Source: Cladosporium halotolerans (Eukaryota). From it: a DNA stretch of 64,000 bases. Within the stretch, counting starts at the first letter, position 1, and each line of letters starts with the position of its first letter. The position numbers and the translations under genes were made by a program. Positions 1 to 12,062 of this stretch are shown piece by piece. The notes beneath the pieces were generated by a model that ran no database searches, was not told the DNA's origin, and worked only from the letters and a program-made list of their open reading frames with translations. Location of the stretch: positions 1-64,000 of the forward strand of contig NW_027191508.1 of NCBI RefSeq assembly GCF_011745625.1, in the 5' to 3' direction.

Positions 1-765
1 CGGATTGTCGAGTTCTGTTACCAACACCAAGCCGTAGGGGCTGACCGCCGGTTGGAAGACGATACCTTGAGCAGGTGCGAATGGGATCAATTGGAACGAA
101 TCCGAGTACCAGATCGATCGTGGATCTGGAATCGAGGGACGGGTGTTCCCAGGTAATCGTTCCTTGCTTGAGGAGTGACTGGAGGCTTTCCTCGTGCATG
201 AAGCGCACGATCTGCCCTCCTTCTCTCACTCTTTCTTGGTGTTGTAGGGTGTCCTGTCCTCCCCAGATCGGGTGATACCGGTTCAGGTCGGCACATACAA
301 TAGTTTCGACTTTTCCCTTCACTCTCTCCTCTGCTCTTGTCTTTACCCTCTTGATGTTGTCGATCCTCCTCTCCAACTCTTCTGTCTTTTTTTCCTTCGT
401 GTCCTGGTTCCTCGGGTCGTAGCACGCTACTAGTAGTATGTCGTGATGGTCGATGTGTAGAACTACTGCAGTGGTTCGTGGCATTCGACTGGGATCTGGG
501 TGGCTTTTACCTTTGTATTGATCCATATTGCCGATCGGAATGCGTGCCTTGTTAGCGCGTCGTCGTTTTTTGTCGTGGGCTGGAAGATGTGCCATCTGTA
601 GTCGTGTGGTATCGTCGGTTTGTTATTGTCCGGGTTCGCGTAGATATACGGTTCGATAACCGAGATAGCGCTGAAGTCCTTAAGTGATGTGTCGTTTAGA
701 AGGCTGTTTTGAACTGTCCTTCTCTTCCCTACATTTAGATGGAGGACCTGGACCCTATTCATCAA
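1..765 (-). pseudogene. LINE ORF2 APE-endonuclease domain, frameshifted near 470
   Basis: LHLNV..., IEPY motifs in 463-765. After a frame change my translation continues ...VCADLNRYHPIWGG...TWEHPSLDSRSTIDLVLG (GDFN/TIDL-type motifs). Confidence 0.8.
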
Positions 766-2290
766 TGATCGTCGTTTCCGTGTCTCCCGTCATCTCGACT
801 TCTCGGGCGTATGCCGAGGCTGGTGTCCGCGGTTCTCTCTGTGGTCTAGCGCTGTTTGGGATTGTCTTTGCCAGTTCGACCGCCTTTTGCTTCGCAAGTA
901 TAGCCTCGCTGATCTTTGTGGTGCCGTTCTTGCTTTTTGGCTTCGCCTGATCGGCTTTCATTCTCCCGAGGTGTTTATAGTTATTCGGGTGGTGCGGGCA
1001 TTGCCAGTCCATAACACTATGGCCCTCGGTGCCGCACGACGGGCATCGGAGGGAGTCCTTTGGGCAGTTGTGTCAAGAGTGTTCCTTCGAGCACAATGCG
1101 CATCTGATCTTTGATTTGCACTCTGCTTGCTTGTGGCCGTATCTATTGCAGTTGAAACAGGGGAGCTCCTTCTCCCTTAGTTCCCATTTAGAGCAGTGGG
1201 CGCCTGTGGCTCCGAAGAGCGCCGTACCTGTGTCAATGAGGCGATCCGCAGCGAACTTACTCTTAAGCCAGATCACGAGCGACCTTACCTTCTTCTTGTA
1301 ATCCGCCTTGCTTAACCAGTGAACCTTTGTCGCAGTGAAGTCGATGCCATCGGCTATGTTTTCCTTACTGAAGTTGTGGCAGACAGTAGATTGAAGCGTC
1401 TTGCAGTCTGCCACTGATCTGTCGAGTACTGCTTGTTTCGCGACCATGTCGCACTTGACTGGGTACCATTTCTCGCCCTGAACGCGTGCGCCCTGGAGTT
1501 GTCCTGTTGCCCATTGCGTATGTTTCCTTGCTTTTTCTGCCTGTGCCTTGTTCTCGTTGTTCTCGAAGATAACCTCTATTCTTTCGCCTGGTCCCGGTCG
1601 GAGGAACTGGATCTTGAGACCCTTCGTTACGCCGGCTTTGTCGATTCCTTTTTGCAGCTTGTTCTTAATGTCCTTGTAGTCGGTCTCGCCGAGTTTGGCG
1701 CGGCCTGTGTCGATGCTAACGGCTCGCTCGTCGTGACGGGCGGACTGGGGGGCGGCAGAGTCCTTCTGGCTAGAAGATGTTGTTATCTTCTGCGCCTCTC
1801 TCGGCTGGATGATGCCAGTCTGAGCGATCTGGCTGCGGTTTCCTTACGTTTGCCTGGGAGAGCGCATGTAGCGCTTCAATTGTCCTGTTCTGTTTCTCTA
1901 CGATCTTCCTCATCTCTTGGAGTTCATTCCGAGACTCCCTCGATTCGGCCTGTTGATCCTGTAGCTGTCGGAGGATGGACTCGACGAGCGAGCGGAGGAA
2001 CGTGAGCTGGTCGCTCTGCGTAGCCTCTGCTACACTCCTTACTTCAGATTCCATCACTCTGACTACTGGCCTGGTCTGAGTAGCCCTCTTGGTGACTCTC
2101 AGGTTCATTGGCGAGCTCGTCGACCTCGTCTTTCTCCTCGTAGCCTTCGTATACCGGATTGCACGCCTGCATTCCCACCACCGCCGCCATCCTGCTGGAG
2201 CACGATATTTTCGGTGTCGCTTTCGTCGATGTTCATGTCGTTTTTTGTAGCTTGCTATGTTTCCGTCTGCTAGGCTACATAGCTCTCTAA
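1..2290 (-). mobile_element. Degenerate Tad-like LINE (5' part; runs off the window start)
   Basis: Broken gag ORF1 with zinc knuckles (CFNCNRYGHKQAEC, CALCSKEH; 1073-1447) followed by ORF2 starting MNRVQVLHLNVGK (765). The 5' boundary is approximate. Confidence 0.85.
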
Positions 2291-2294
2291 TTTG

Positions 2295-2326
2295 AACCCC
2301 TAACCCCAAACCCCTAAACTCCCTAA
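2295..2326 (+). repeat. Degenerate telomere-like (CCCTAA variant) tract, followed by (GAT)n microsatellite to ~2354
   Basis: aacccctaaccccaaacccctaaactccctaa then gatgatgatg... Confidence 0.6.
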
Positions 2327-2484
2327 TCGAGATGATGATGATGATGATAATGATTCTCATTCAGGCTATGCACGGAGACCGTATGAGCCATCCCTAATCG
2401 TTGCCTAACATTACAATGAACACCGCCTCAGCACTCATGACCCGAGAGATTAGCCAACACCTCACCCGACCCTCATGCCACCTC

Positions 2485-3100
2485 TTTTCGACTTTGTCAC
2501 GGACAAGGTCGGTTTTAGCATCATATTGAAGCACAACACAAGCTGAATAAGCGCACGTACTTGCCAACACCAGCGATTCGCTGGCGGCTATGCCACCACG
2601 CCGCAGAGGCGTCGCAGACCCCACCGGAGGTGAAGTCTTCACGGCCGGCAACAGCGCGGAAGCCACCGAACCAATCGGAGAGCTAGCCGAACACCACCTG
2701 TCCCCAAATAGAGTGCGATCTTGCGCAGGCGAGGACGGGACATGCGCGTTTGAACGCGTACCTCGCGAGGATCAACGTCGTTGAGGACAGCAAGTGCAGC
2801 TGTGGCGGCGGCGACGAGACTGTCAGCCACGTCCTACTGTGGTGCAAACGATGGAGTCCCCTGCGTGATGGACTCAGGGAGAAGGCTGGTCAGAGGTGGG
2901 GAGACGTTTCGTACCTTCTCGGAGGACGAAGCTCAAGGCGACACCCGAGTACTCGTCAATTGATGGACAAACCGGAAAAGTGGAGGCCAGATTGTAAGAT
3001 GGTGTGGGAAACGGTGCAATTTCTCAAAGCAACAGGACGTTTTCAGGCTCGCCCTCCAGGCGAGACTCACACTCACTAAGCGCGGTGTGATTTGAAAGAG
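2485..3100 (+). mobile_element. Internally deleted LINE remnant (5'-end-like hairpin joined to ORF2 C-terminus)
   Basis: gactttgtcacggacaaggtc matches the 5' end of the intact LINE at ~24813. 2740-3079 encodes the ORF2 C-terminal CCHC region (LNAYLARI...CSCG...ETVSHVLLWC). Confidence 0.65.
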
Positions 3101-3204
3101 CTCTCAAGGAGTGGCTACCCCTGTCCCACTTCGTTACGCAAATTCAGACTTGGGGAAATTTGTTTGAGTCGAGGCGATTACGAGAGCTTGATCGTTAGGT
3201 ACTG

Positions 3205-4540
3205 TTGGAATGCAGTCCCTTCCTGAGGCAGCCTTGCTTCTGCGACAAGCCACAGTTTCAGGAGGGCTACATATTTACAGTCTTTACTGCAGTGGATAGG
3301 AGAATACACAACTCCTCTCACACTTTCCCTCCAACAGGCCTTCCAACAGCACAAGGCTACAAAGATGAGACTGGCGAAGTCGAAGAGCCGGAGATGGAGG
3401 AGGGAGAAGATCCGCTGGAAGTCTCGGCGGGCAGGAGTTCGGCAACGGGCGTCAACAGGTACGCCGTCCGGAGCGATATCGTCAGACATCTCAGTCAACG
3501 AAACATCGACACTTTCAGGCCGCTCAGCGAGTCGTGGCACCGTTTTCTCGGGCTTCAGAGTCGGAATAGAACTTTGCAAACAAAGACCCAAAAACGGAAG
3601 GGAGGCGAAATGGAGACACCCGAAGCGAAAAAGACGAGCATCTCTTGGACAGGCGGGCTGATGACCCCGGCCGCAACGCTGGGCAGTCGCGCAACTTCGA
3701 AGCAGGGGCCGCTGGTGACGCCGTTCACTGCAATCACGGACTCGAGGAGGAGTGCACTCGTGCAGTCGTCGCCGTTGCAAGGGTTCGGCGCAACTGCACT
3801 TCCGTCGAGCCCACCGGTCGCATCAAGCCCGACGAGGTCGTCGAGGCCGGTCAGACTGAAGATCGGTCTTGAAGACCGGGAAAAGGCCGTACGGAAAGCT
3901 CTCGGTTTGGCCGAGATGACAACGGTGGCATACAAATCAGTCGAACAGGAGGAGGCGTTGGAGCGAATCATCAATGGCTCAGACTCCGCGCTCGCTGTTG
4001 TGCTGCCGACGGGAGGTGGCAAATCGCTTCTGTTCACAGCCCCCGCTTGCTTGGACGACCCGGGCATCACAATCGTCGTCGTGCCGTATCGACAGCTCAT
4101 AGAAGAGACTCTGAGCGACGCGAGAGATCGTGGCATCGACGCTGTCGAATGGAGTCGCGACTTGTCCGATCCGGCGGACATCGTCTTCATCAGCGCCGAC
4201 AAGCTTGGCGACACTTTCTTCGACTACTCCGCACGGATGGCAGGGAAGGGTCTGGTGCGACGGGTGTTCGTAGATGAGTGTCATCTGGCGATCACGGCAC
4301 ACAGCTGGCGGCCAAGACTGGTTTCGCTGGCGAGGCTGAGATGCATCGAGGCCCCGACGATCATGCTCACGGCAACACTACCGCTGCACATGGAGACAGA
4401 TCTGGAGACGACGATGAGATGCGAACTATCGCTCACGCTGATCAGGGCTTGCACCGCACGGAGGACGACGAGATACATCGTCAGAGCCGATGTCGAAGAC
4501 GGCAAGCTGATGCAAGAAGCGATCGAGGTCTGCAGCAAGC
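3205..4540 (+). pseudogene. Fragment of telomere-linked RecQ-like (DExH) helicase gene, truncated at both ends
   Basis: LPTGGGKS (motif I), VVVPY, VFVDECH (motif II), LTATLP (motif III). Upstream SAGRS...RYA...WHRFLG parallels the other copies. Ends at an LTR-like insertion. Confidence 0.85.
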
Positions 4541-4724
4541 TGTTAACAATAATAGATGAGTTGATTGATTCAGCTATCTGAGCAGACAGAAGGTGAGTAC
4601 ATATACCAGCATCCTCTAAAGGCTGAGAGGCTGGAGAGGCTGGGTGTCCCTGCATCCCAGCCTCCAGTACTCATTAGTAAGAGTTAGGTGAAGCTAGGGG
4701 TCTGAGCATCCTCAGCCTTCAACA
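4541..4724. mobile_element. Probable solo LTR (~184 bp)
   Basis: Bounded by TGTT...AACA and truncates the helicase ORF. No matching TSD seen. Confidence 0.5.
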
Positions 4725-5666
4725 CTGTAGACTCCTCGCCGGGCAGCCTATGCACTTGTCCCCTACTAACCTAGCTTGTGTCCACCTTTTCCTAGAACTG
4801 GCCTGTGACACTCCCTGCGCTTCGTATACAGCTGGCCTGTGTGCCCCTCCGCTCTGCCCTCCCTATAGTGGACTGTGACATCTCTTTTCTGCGCTGGACT
4901 GTGACCCCTCCCCTTCCTTGTCCGTAGATGGTAGTCGTGCCAGAGTACGGTAGTCGTATCAGGGAGGCCTTAACAGAGGCGCGAGAAGAGGGCTTAACAG
5001 TTCTCTAGAGCGGGTGCGCGGCGGGCGGCTTAACAAGGTCTGTATGCCTATTCGCAGTTAGCTTTAACAGGGTCCCTAGAAATCGGCTTGCAGTTCCCCT
5101 CGTCACGCCTTTCTCGCTGATCCGGCGTGTTCTCAGAGTAGTTCAAGCTCAGAGGTGTCCTGTCGCGCTCCTAGGGCTTCCACATTGCTGCAGCGAGTAG
5201 AACGCTACAGCGCGGGCTCTGCGCGCGACTGCAGAGTAGGAGCGCGTCGGGTGGTTTTCGTATCCAGTATCCTCTTGTCCTTCTTTAATGAGGGATTCCA
5301 TTCTTGACGAAGGGAGTAGCGTAATGGAGCAGTCACAGGGCGGCGTATAGTACTCCTGCCCCTGGACCTTCGCGACCGGTCGCGGCGTTCAGGCGGCGAC
5401 GGCGGCCATCCCTCATTGCCCCTACACTTAGCCAGCTCGTGGGTACGAGCTGTTTCCACCTGCGGCGGCGTGGACGCGTGTAGTAGGTCTTCGCAGGCAA
5501 GACTTGCAGCTCCGCTGAATATTTTTTTCTGTGCGCACCAACGAAAGATGCTTGAGCACATCTCTGGAATAGTCGACGGCTAATGATAGATATAAACTAC
5601 ATATGACGGTCGGGAGGTTGCGTAGGACATGAGACACAACGATTCACGTTTACTTTCCTAATTAGG

Positions 5667-5775
5667 CAGTGGAATCCTTTGGATTTGTTGGATTTGTTGG
5701 ATATCCACGAAGATATTGTTGGATGGATTGGATTGGGGGGTAAATCCAATCCAATCCAGTCCAATAACATCACTG
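5667..5775. repeat. Hairpin-rich (TTGGA/TCCAA) DNA-transposon end or MITE relic
   Basis: CAGTG...CACTG ends; internal ttggatggattggattgg / tccaatccaatccagtccaa inverted arrays. No TSD. Confidence 0.4.
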
Positions 5776-6327
5776 CCGGCGTACCTACGCACCGCATACT
5801 CCGCATCCTGCTCGTGACATATGATCAAGCAAACGCCCTTGCTGCCCCAACTAGATTATATAACGTATGCCAGAGAGAGGAAAAATTACCATGAAAGGCC
5901 AATGTTGGTTAACTATACAGGATTTTTATCTTCGCCTTGCAGGGGAAAGACAGAAGAAGAACAAGGAAAAATCCGTGCGAAGTGCAACGGAGACAGTTCG
6001 CGCGCGGATGTCCCAAAATGGTATCGCCCTTTTCCCGACGCTTTCACGGACGACATGATGTGGTTGTGTCCGAGGCCTTCTTTTGATACAATATTACCGG
6101 AAGACCAGAAAAGAAATGGTAGTCTCCAATCTGAGTTTAGTGAGTTACTACCACCCTCGCAAAGAACGAAGGTGTACCATGCTATTGAGGCTGCAAGGGT
6201 ACTTTGCTTGCCGTGAGCTGTGTTGGCCGTCGTTGTATGTTCATACTTCTGAACAGGATATGTTTCTAAAAATTCAATAACCAAGCGACGTTGAAGGAGA
6301 CACACCTGATCGACACTCGACAAAGTT

Positions 6328-7167
6328 TTAATCGAAGCAGCCAAGAGTGTTCAAGAAGTCGCGTGAGAAGTACGCAGCCTTGTCCTCGACTTTGCGGCGG
6401 TCGCCCGTCGTGCCGCCAGGCCCAATCTTGAGGACTTCCTCCATGCCCCAGTCCTTGCGGATGCGGTAGTAGACGCTGGTCAGTCCATCCTTGGTGCGGG
6501 GTTTGAAGAAGAGCGCGAAATTGTCCTCAACCTCGGGCCAGGACTGCTCCTTGATAACGCGGCAGTACATGATGAAGAACTTCTGCTCCTCGCTGTAGGA
6601 GGGGCGTGCCGGGGGCGATGTCTGGGCCAATGGCTCAGTGTGGTTGGGCTGGCCCTGCTGGTGGCGGGCGCGGGTGGCGTTGGTGCTTCTGAAGGAGTTG
6701 TTGGAGTGGTAGGAGGTGGCCGAGGGGCCGGGCTCCAAGTCCCATAGGCTGTCGTGGCGTTTGGCGGGGCTGGTTTTGATGCTAGAGAAGTTGCTGGCGC
6801 TCCTGGGACTGGAGGCATCGCAATCGGCCCAGCTGTTGGCGCTGGTGACGCTGTTGATGCTGTTGAGGCTGCTTAAGCTGCCGATGCGCGGAATTTGGGT
6901 TCTGGTGTGAGGAGAGCAGTGGAGGCGCAGCGAAAGAAGGGTGATGGGAGTCCTTGGTCGACGTTTAGGCTGGTAGCAAGGCATCTGGAAGATTGATGCA
7001 GCAAATCTTGGTACTGACGCTGGCACTGGTGCAAGAGCGAAGCAGTTGTCGGTCATCTCAGTGTCCATAGGCTCAGGTTCGCTGACATCGCCTGCCAGGA
7101 ACGCGATGCTCATCTTGTAGTGCTGTTGGAGGGCGCCCTCGAAGGGGACCGACTCAGTCAACGCCAT
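6328..7167 (-). CDS. Hypothetical protein with Ser/Pro-rich N-terminus and C-terminal Myb/HTH-like putative DNA-binding domain
   Basis: 279-aa ORF; C-terminal block YSEEQKFFIMY...SWPEVEDNF...RTKDGLTSVYYRIRKDWG. Confidence 0.65.
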   Translation of the reverse strand: MALTESVPFEGALQQHYKMSIAFLAGDVSEPEPMDTEMTDNCFALAPVPASVPRFAASIFQMPCYQPKRRPRTPITLLSLRLHCSPHTRTQIPRIGSLSSLNSINSVTSANSWADCDASSPRSASNFSSIKTSPAKRHDSLWDLEPGPSATSYHSNNSFRSTNATRARHQQGQPNHTEPLAQTSPPARPSYSEEQKFFIMYCRVIKEQSWPEVEDNFALFFKPRTKDGLTSVYYRIRKDWGMEEVLKIGPGGTTGDRRKVEDKAAYFSRDFLNTLGCFD

Positions 7168-8639
7168 GGTTGTGCTTGTCGGGGAGGCTCTGATACACGA
7201 TAATAGTCGCCGCGGACAACGAAGACGACGCCGTTACGGAGAGGTGTTTGTGCGCTGGAGACAGCGAGACGAAGTGATCGTTCGATCTGTTCCGAGAGCC
7301 GATTCATCAGGCTGATGTGATGAAATGTGATGAGTGAGACCAGCGTGAAGAGGGAGAATAATAGAGGCTGGTGAAAATCAGGGACGACCGTGACTAAAAA
7401 CGAGGCTCGAGTTCCCCCGTTTTCTTGAGACTGAGCTCACATGTGTGAGGGCCACGTCCCCGGATAGAATTAGACGATGTTTTGCCACTGCGACCAAAAA
7501 GGGAAAGACCAACTGGTCTCCTGCGTAGGACGCCTGCTCACGTAGGCCCAAGGTTTCCAGAGTCACACAGCGCAGTGAACAACAAGCCGGTACTAGCGAC
7601 TAGCTCTTGGGGCCCCGAGCTGAGGGGGATCGTGCCGGAATGATACCGAAGCGGAGAGGCTGATAGTGTATGCCAGTCACACCTTTACGTCGGGTTGCCT
7701 TAAGCCGATGAGACGGGCAAAAATTGACCTTCGTATTGCTTAGCTATCACGTACAGTAAGACGAGACTTGAAGTACGAAAATTGACGGCAGTTGACAAGC
7801 TTGAGTCTGCCCTGTCGTATGGACAGATCTTATTGCGAGTCAGCGGAAGCATGTCTCAATGCCAGCGGTGACGGACATTTACATCCTTCCAGGGCAACAT
7901 GTAACGGTCTGACCTAACTCCTAACGATGATACCTAAGGGCTTGGCTTTACGGAGTTCGTGAGGAGTTCACCGTGTTGGCTCGTTGCAATGACAAAAACT
8001 CGCAACCAGGAATGTTAGTACCTTGTACGGGAATGAGGCCATCTTTTGGAGCGCGTGGTGTGAAAGATAGCTTGCTGGGCTGTCAGCATTTATGCAGGCG
8101 CGCTATACCGTGCCCTGGCTGCTGAAGTCCTCTTGCATCTTTGGGCCATAGAGAATGCTCCGCGACACCAAAGCGCAGGCGACGTTACCTGGTCACAGGA
8201 ATACAATCGTAGCTTTGCGGCCCCAGCCCGAGGTTGAGCGCTGGTTTTCCGGCGAGACACCGGAATGGACAATCCGCCTGACGTCGTGCCGGTAGTGCAT
8301 TGCTTGCTTTATGCGGGGTACGCTCTTCCGGGGCTCACGGCCTAAATTCAAAGTTCGGAATCTTTCGATCCTCACTAACTCAAGAGACAATTGGAGTTCT
8401 ACGTAAGTTGAATTGAGAAACAGCCAATTTCGGTGAGAGCTTGGATTCGAAAGGCCGCGAGCGGGGCCAGATGCTGCATGGCATCTCCGCGGGCAAAGGC
8501 AATCACGGCGGTACCGGGTGGGCGGTGCGGACGGACGAATTCTAGATAGTTACAGATCCGCCGAAGGCCTGCGAACGCCGGTCAGTGGACATGCCCGAGC
8601 GCGGGATGTTACGCCCATCTTTAGCACCTGCCAACCGTG

Positions 8640-10241
8640 CAGCACGACGACGCGATCCTCGGCGGGGTACTGGGCCAACTTACCGTTGATGATGTGCCGC
8701 AACGTCTCCACCTCGCCGTCGTACGTGATCACGCTGTACCCGATGTTGGGTCGCACGGTGGACTCTCGTATCATGCGTACCTCGCTGGGCTCCATGTCCA
8801 TGGTCGACATGAACGCTGGCTCTCGCCGCGGCGGCAACGTTGCTGTCAAACACACCACCTGCGTCTGCCGACTGATCAATTCGCGTAACTGCAACACCTT
8901 GGAGCGAGTCATCATCGACGAGTGCCATTCCGTATTGCGAAACTTCTTCGTCGACTGTAATACGGAATGGCACTCGTCGATGATGACTCGCTCCAACTGC
9001 TGGTTCAACATCTTCGCGTTGACGAAATCCGCAAACGACTGTGACACGGCCGATTCGGCTATCACGAACACGATCTGTGCATCGTACGGCGGCGCTCGAC
9101 CGTCGCTCCAAATTGCACATCGGATTCCATCCTTGCGACACCGATCGGCCATGTCCTCTTGCAACATGATCTTCGGCATCACAACGATCGTGACCCCGTC
9201 TCGCGACGCTGCTGCTGGCAACATGAACAACAAACTCTTGCCACCGCCCGTCCGCATCACGACCACGATCCTGGGCTGGCCGCTGACGATGGCATCTAAT
9301 GCCTCTCGTTGCTTGCCACGAAATTGGGCTTGGGCTCCGTACATCTTCTTCAACTGCGCTTCCACGTCGATTTCCCGCATTTGCTGCCACCGTTCGAACT
9401 TCCGGCTACCCTGCTCCTGTTTGATCCTCCGCTTGATGTCGGGGCTGACATTCTGTACCTGGTATGATGACGGGAACTGCATGAACCGATGCCAATCCAC
9501 ACTCACCTCGCGGAATGCATCCTGCTCTCGCCTCATGGCGAACGGGTTCTGCTGCAACTGCCGCCCGTAAATGCTCTCTTCCATCTGCGGACTGTGGCCG
9601 GACTGCCTGGCGCGGATGGTCTCGCGCGTTTGCTCCTCGTCCATCGCCATCCCCTGCTTGAACGGATTCTCGTTGGCGTATATGCGATTTAATGTGCCCA
9701 CGACGTCCTGATTGACGGCGAACTCGCGGTGGATATCCGGGTACGCTTGTCGCCAATCCGATGTCCCAATGGGTACGCCAATCCGCTTCTCGCTCTCCCT
9801 GCGCATCACTCGGCGGATCCGGTTTGTCTCCCAAAACCCATCACAATTGCGCGCGACCATCGGCGTGGACCGTTGCTGGACGAAATGTGCTTCTGCGCTT
9901 CGGTCCTCGGGCATCTTGGGCAAATCCTTTTCCCCGTCCCCTTCATCTTCTTCTGCCCACTCTTCTTCCTCGTCTCCCCATTCCTCCTCTGGTGCTGGCT
10001 CCCACAACCACGGACTGGACGTCATCTGGCCGCGGCCGCTCTGTAAAATGCGAACGAATGGCTCGATCAACCATAAATAATAAATCACCAATTCTCCCAC
10101 CTCCTGCAGCACGAATCGATGTACGCACTTCTGGCTCTGGCTCGCACTGAACCCTTTGTGGTACGACGTGATGAATGTCACCATGCCCTGGTCGATCATC
10201 ACCCCGCGGTGACAACGTGCGTTCTCACCGTTGACTTGTTG
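8640..10241 (-). pseudogene. Truncated paralogue of the DUF3505/putative tyrosine recombinase/RecQ helicase gene
   Basis: Closely parallels 17471-21237 (SYHKG, WRQAY, QSGHS..IYGR, MRTGGGKS, IIDECH, LTATLP). 5' break abuts a CCCTAA tract; 3' break near EDRVV. Confidence 0.85.
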
Positions 10242-10264
10242 TAACCCTAACCCTAAAACCCTAA
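10242..10264 (+). repeat. Interstitial telomeric repeat tract
   Basis: taaccctaaccctaaaaccctaa. Confidence 0.8.
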
Positions 10265-10497
10265 GAAGGCTCCTTTTGATTTGATTCGATCCTAGTCAGT
10301 CGAAGACGGCAAGTCTTTCTCCGCTTGCAACAACAGAATGACAAACGACAGCACGTCGTTTGTGGGGGTATAATTTTTCTCTCATCTCACGCTCAAAGCC
10401 TCCACAGAATCACGAAAGGAAAGGGGAAGAAACCAGGGATGATAATCAAAAACCCGTGAGCGCGCAGCATCACCGGCGTTCCCTTTTCTCCTCCGAA

Positions 10498-11344
10498 TCA
10501 ACCCTTCCCGCCCGCCGCGGCAGCCGGAAAGTCCTCGAGCGGCCCGGAGGTTGCACTCATGCCCGGAGCGACGGGGTTGGCTGTGACGGCCGGTGGCGGC
10601 GGCTCCTCAGCGACGACGGGCATCTTATGGTCGCCGGCGGTGGCGGCGCCGACGACGACGTTCTCGCTAGACTCGCCCGGAGTATCAATCTTCTGCCAGC
10701 TCTCGGTCGAGGAAGCGGTGGCGACGTTTGGGTGGGCGGATGCAGCGGATGCCGGGGCGGGCTTGACGGCTGTGATAGGAGAGTTAGCTTGGTTTGGTGG
10801 TGGGATTAGGGGTTTGGTGGAGGGCGAGGGCGTACAAGAAGCCTCAGCATTGTTGACGGCGACAGGGTTGATTGGGGCTGGGAACGGCTTGATGTCCTGC
10901 TTCTTTTCAGCAGAGACGGCGGAGACCGGCTCAGAGGTGGCCGGCGCGGCCGGGGGCGCTGGGGTGGAGGAGGTCGAGGATGGGCGAGCGGGTGAGACAG
11001 CCATCGGAGTGGAGCCGGCGTCCTTGGTGTTCATGGTGTCCTGGGTGTCCTGGGTGTTCGTGGTCTCCTTCAGCGCATGGTCTGGAGTTTCAGTCGCGGC
11101 GACAGTAGCGGTCGGCGGGAGGGTCGGCGGGTTGTCCAGGGTGGCAGCCTGATGCTGCTGCTGCTGCTCCTGAGTCTGCTTGTCCTTGCGCTTCTTGCCG
11201 CCAGACTTAATCATCTCCTTCAAGGCCTCCTTGACCTTTTTGAACGCGTTAGGAGCTAGAGTGGAGATCTCAGTTAGCCAATGCGACAAAGCGAGGTAAA
11301 CATGCAGCGTGTGGGAATAAGGGCGACTTACGAACACCCGGCAT
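10498..11344 (-). CDS. Hypothetical Pro/Ala/Thr-rich protein (2 exons)
   Basis: ATG at 11344; intron GTAAGT...GCTAAC...TAG; spliced start MPGVPPNAFKKVKEALK; C-terminus APGMSATSGPLEDFP. Confidence 0.7.
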
Positions 11345-12062
11345 TGTGTCTGGATGCGCGGTTTGGTAATGTCGGTAGGTGGATAAGAGAGTGTGTGTGG
11401 GTGGTGGATGGTAGTGGCACAAGGTCGTGGAGTGAAGCTGCGTCAATGCGCGAGCGCGTGCTTGTGATCAGGTCGCCTCCAGGTACATAAATCCCTACTG
11501 AGCTCCTACCTACATGTATGTTCTCACCGCACCTACAGCTCCAAGCGTAGCGCGTGCACGAGACGCAGATGCTATTTTCAGCTCGAGGCGGGCGCCTTGG
11601 TATACAGGGCGCTTTCATAAATCCGCATGGCATCTACGTCACTGCCAAGGCGCCCTCCCCTTATCCCCGCGTGTTTCTAACATCGGCCGCGTGTCGGCTC
11701 GTAATTTCCTTGTTCTCGACCAAATTTAGTTTGCAGCACCGTTAGTCCTGGCGCTACCAACCAATCACGAGCGCAGATGGCTTCGGTCAATCTAGGCCTC
11801 GTGGTCGGACGTTCTCGGGTCCGTTGCGCGTGCACCCGGATTGCTAAGGTGTATGTATAAACACGTTGTTGATGGCAATTGTAGGCAACAACAGCGTCGC
11901 TCCGCTCAACAGTCTGAGAATTGCTGCCCATCTCCCGTGGCCGTGAGTGTTGCGTCCCGGTACCGCTGCCTTCGTCTTCGATACCGCAAGCCGTACATAC
12001 TCCGCTTCGCATCCGTCGCATTCAGCTGCTTCTTGGGCTAATAGTTCACGGGACTTGCACTA

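Noticed and set aside
4725..5560. Possible RIP-mutated transposon relic
   Set aside because: Stop-rich and TpA-rich by eye, but I could not assign a family or compute RIP indices.
5821..6216. 131-aa ORF
   Set aside because: No recognisable motif; cannot be supported as a gene.
8518..9570. 350-aa plus-strand ORF containing ERVIIDECH
   Set aside because: Antisense shadow of the helicase; the motif comes from the inverted duplication.
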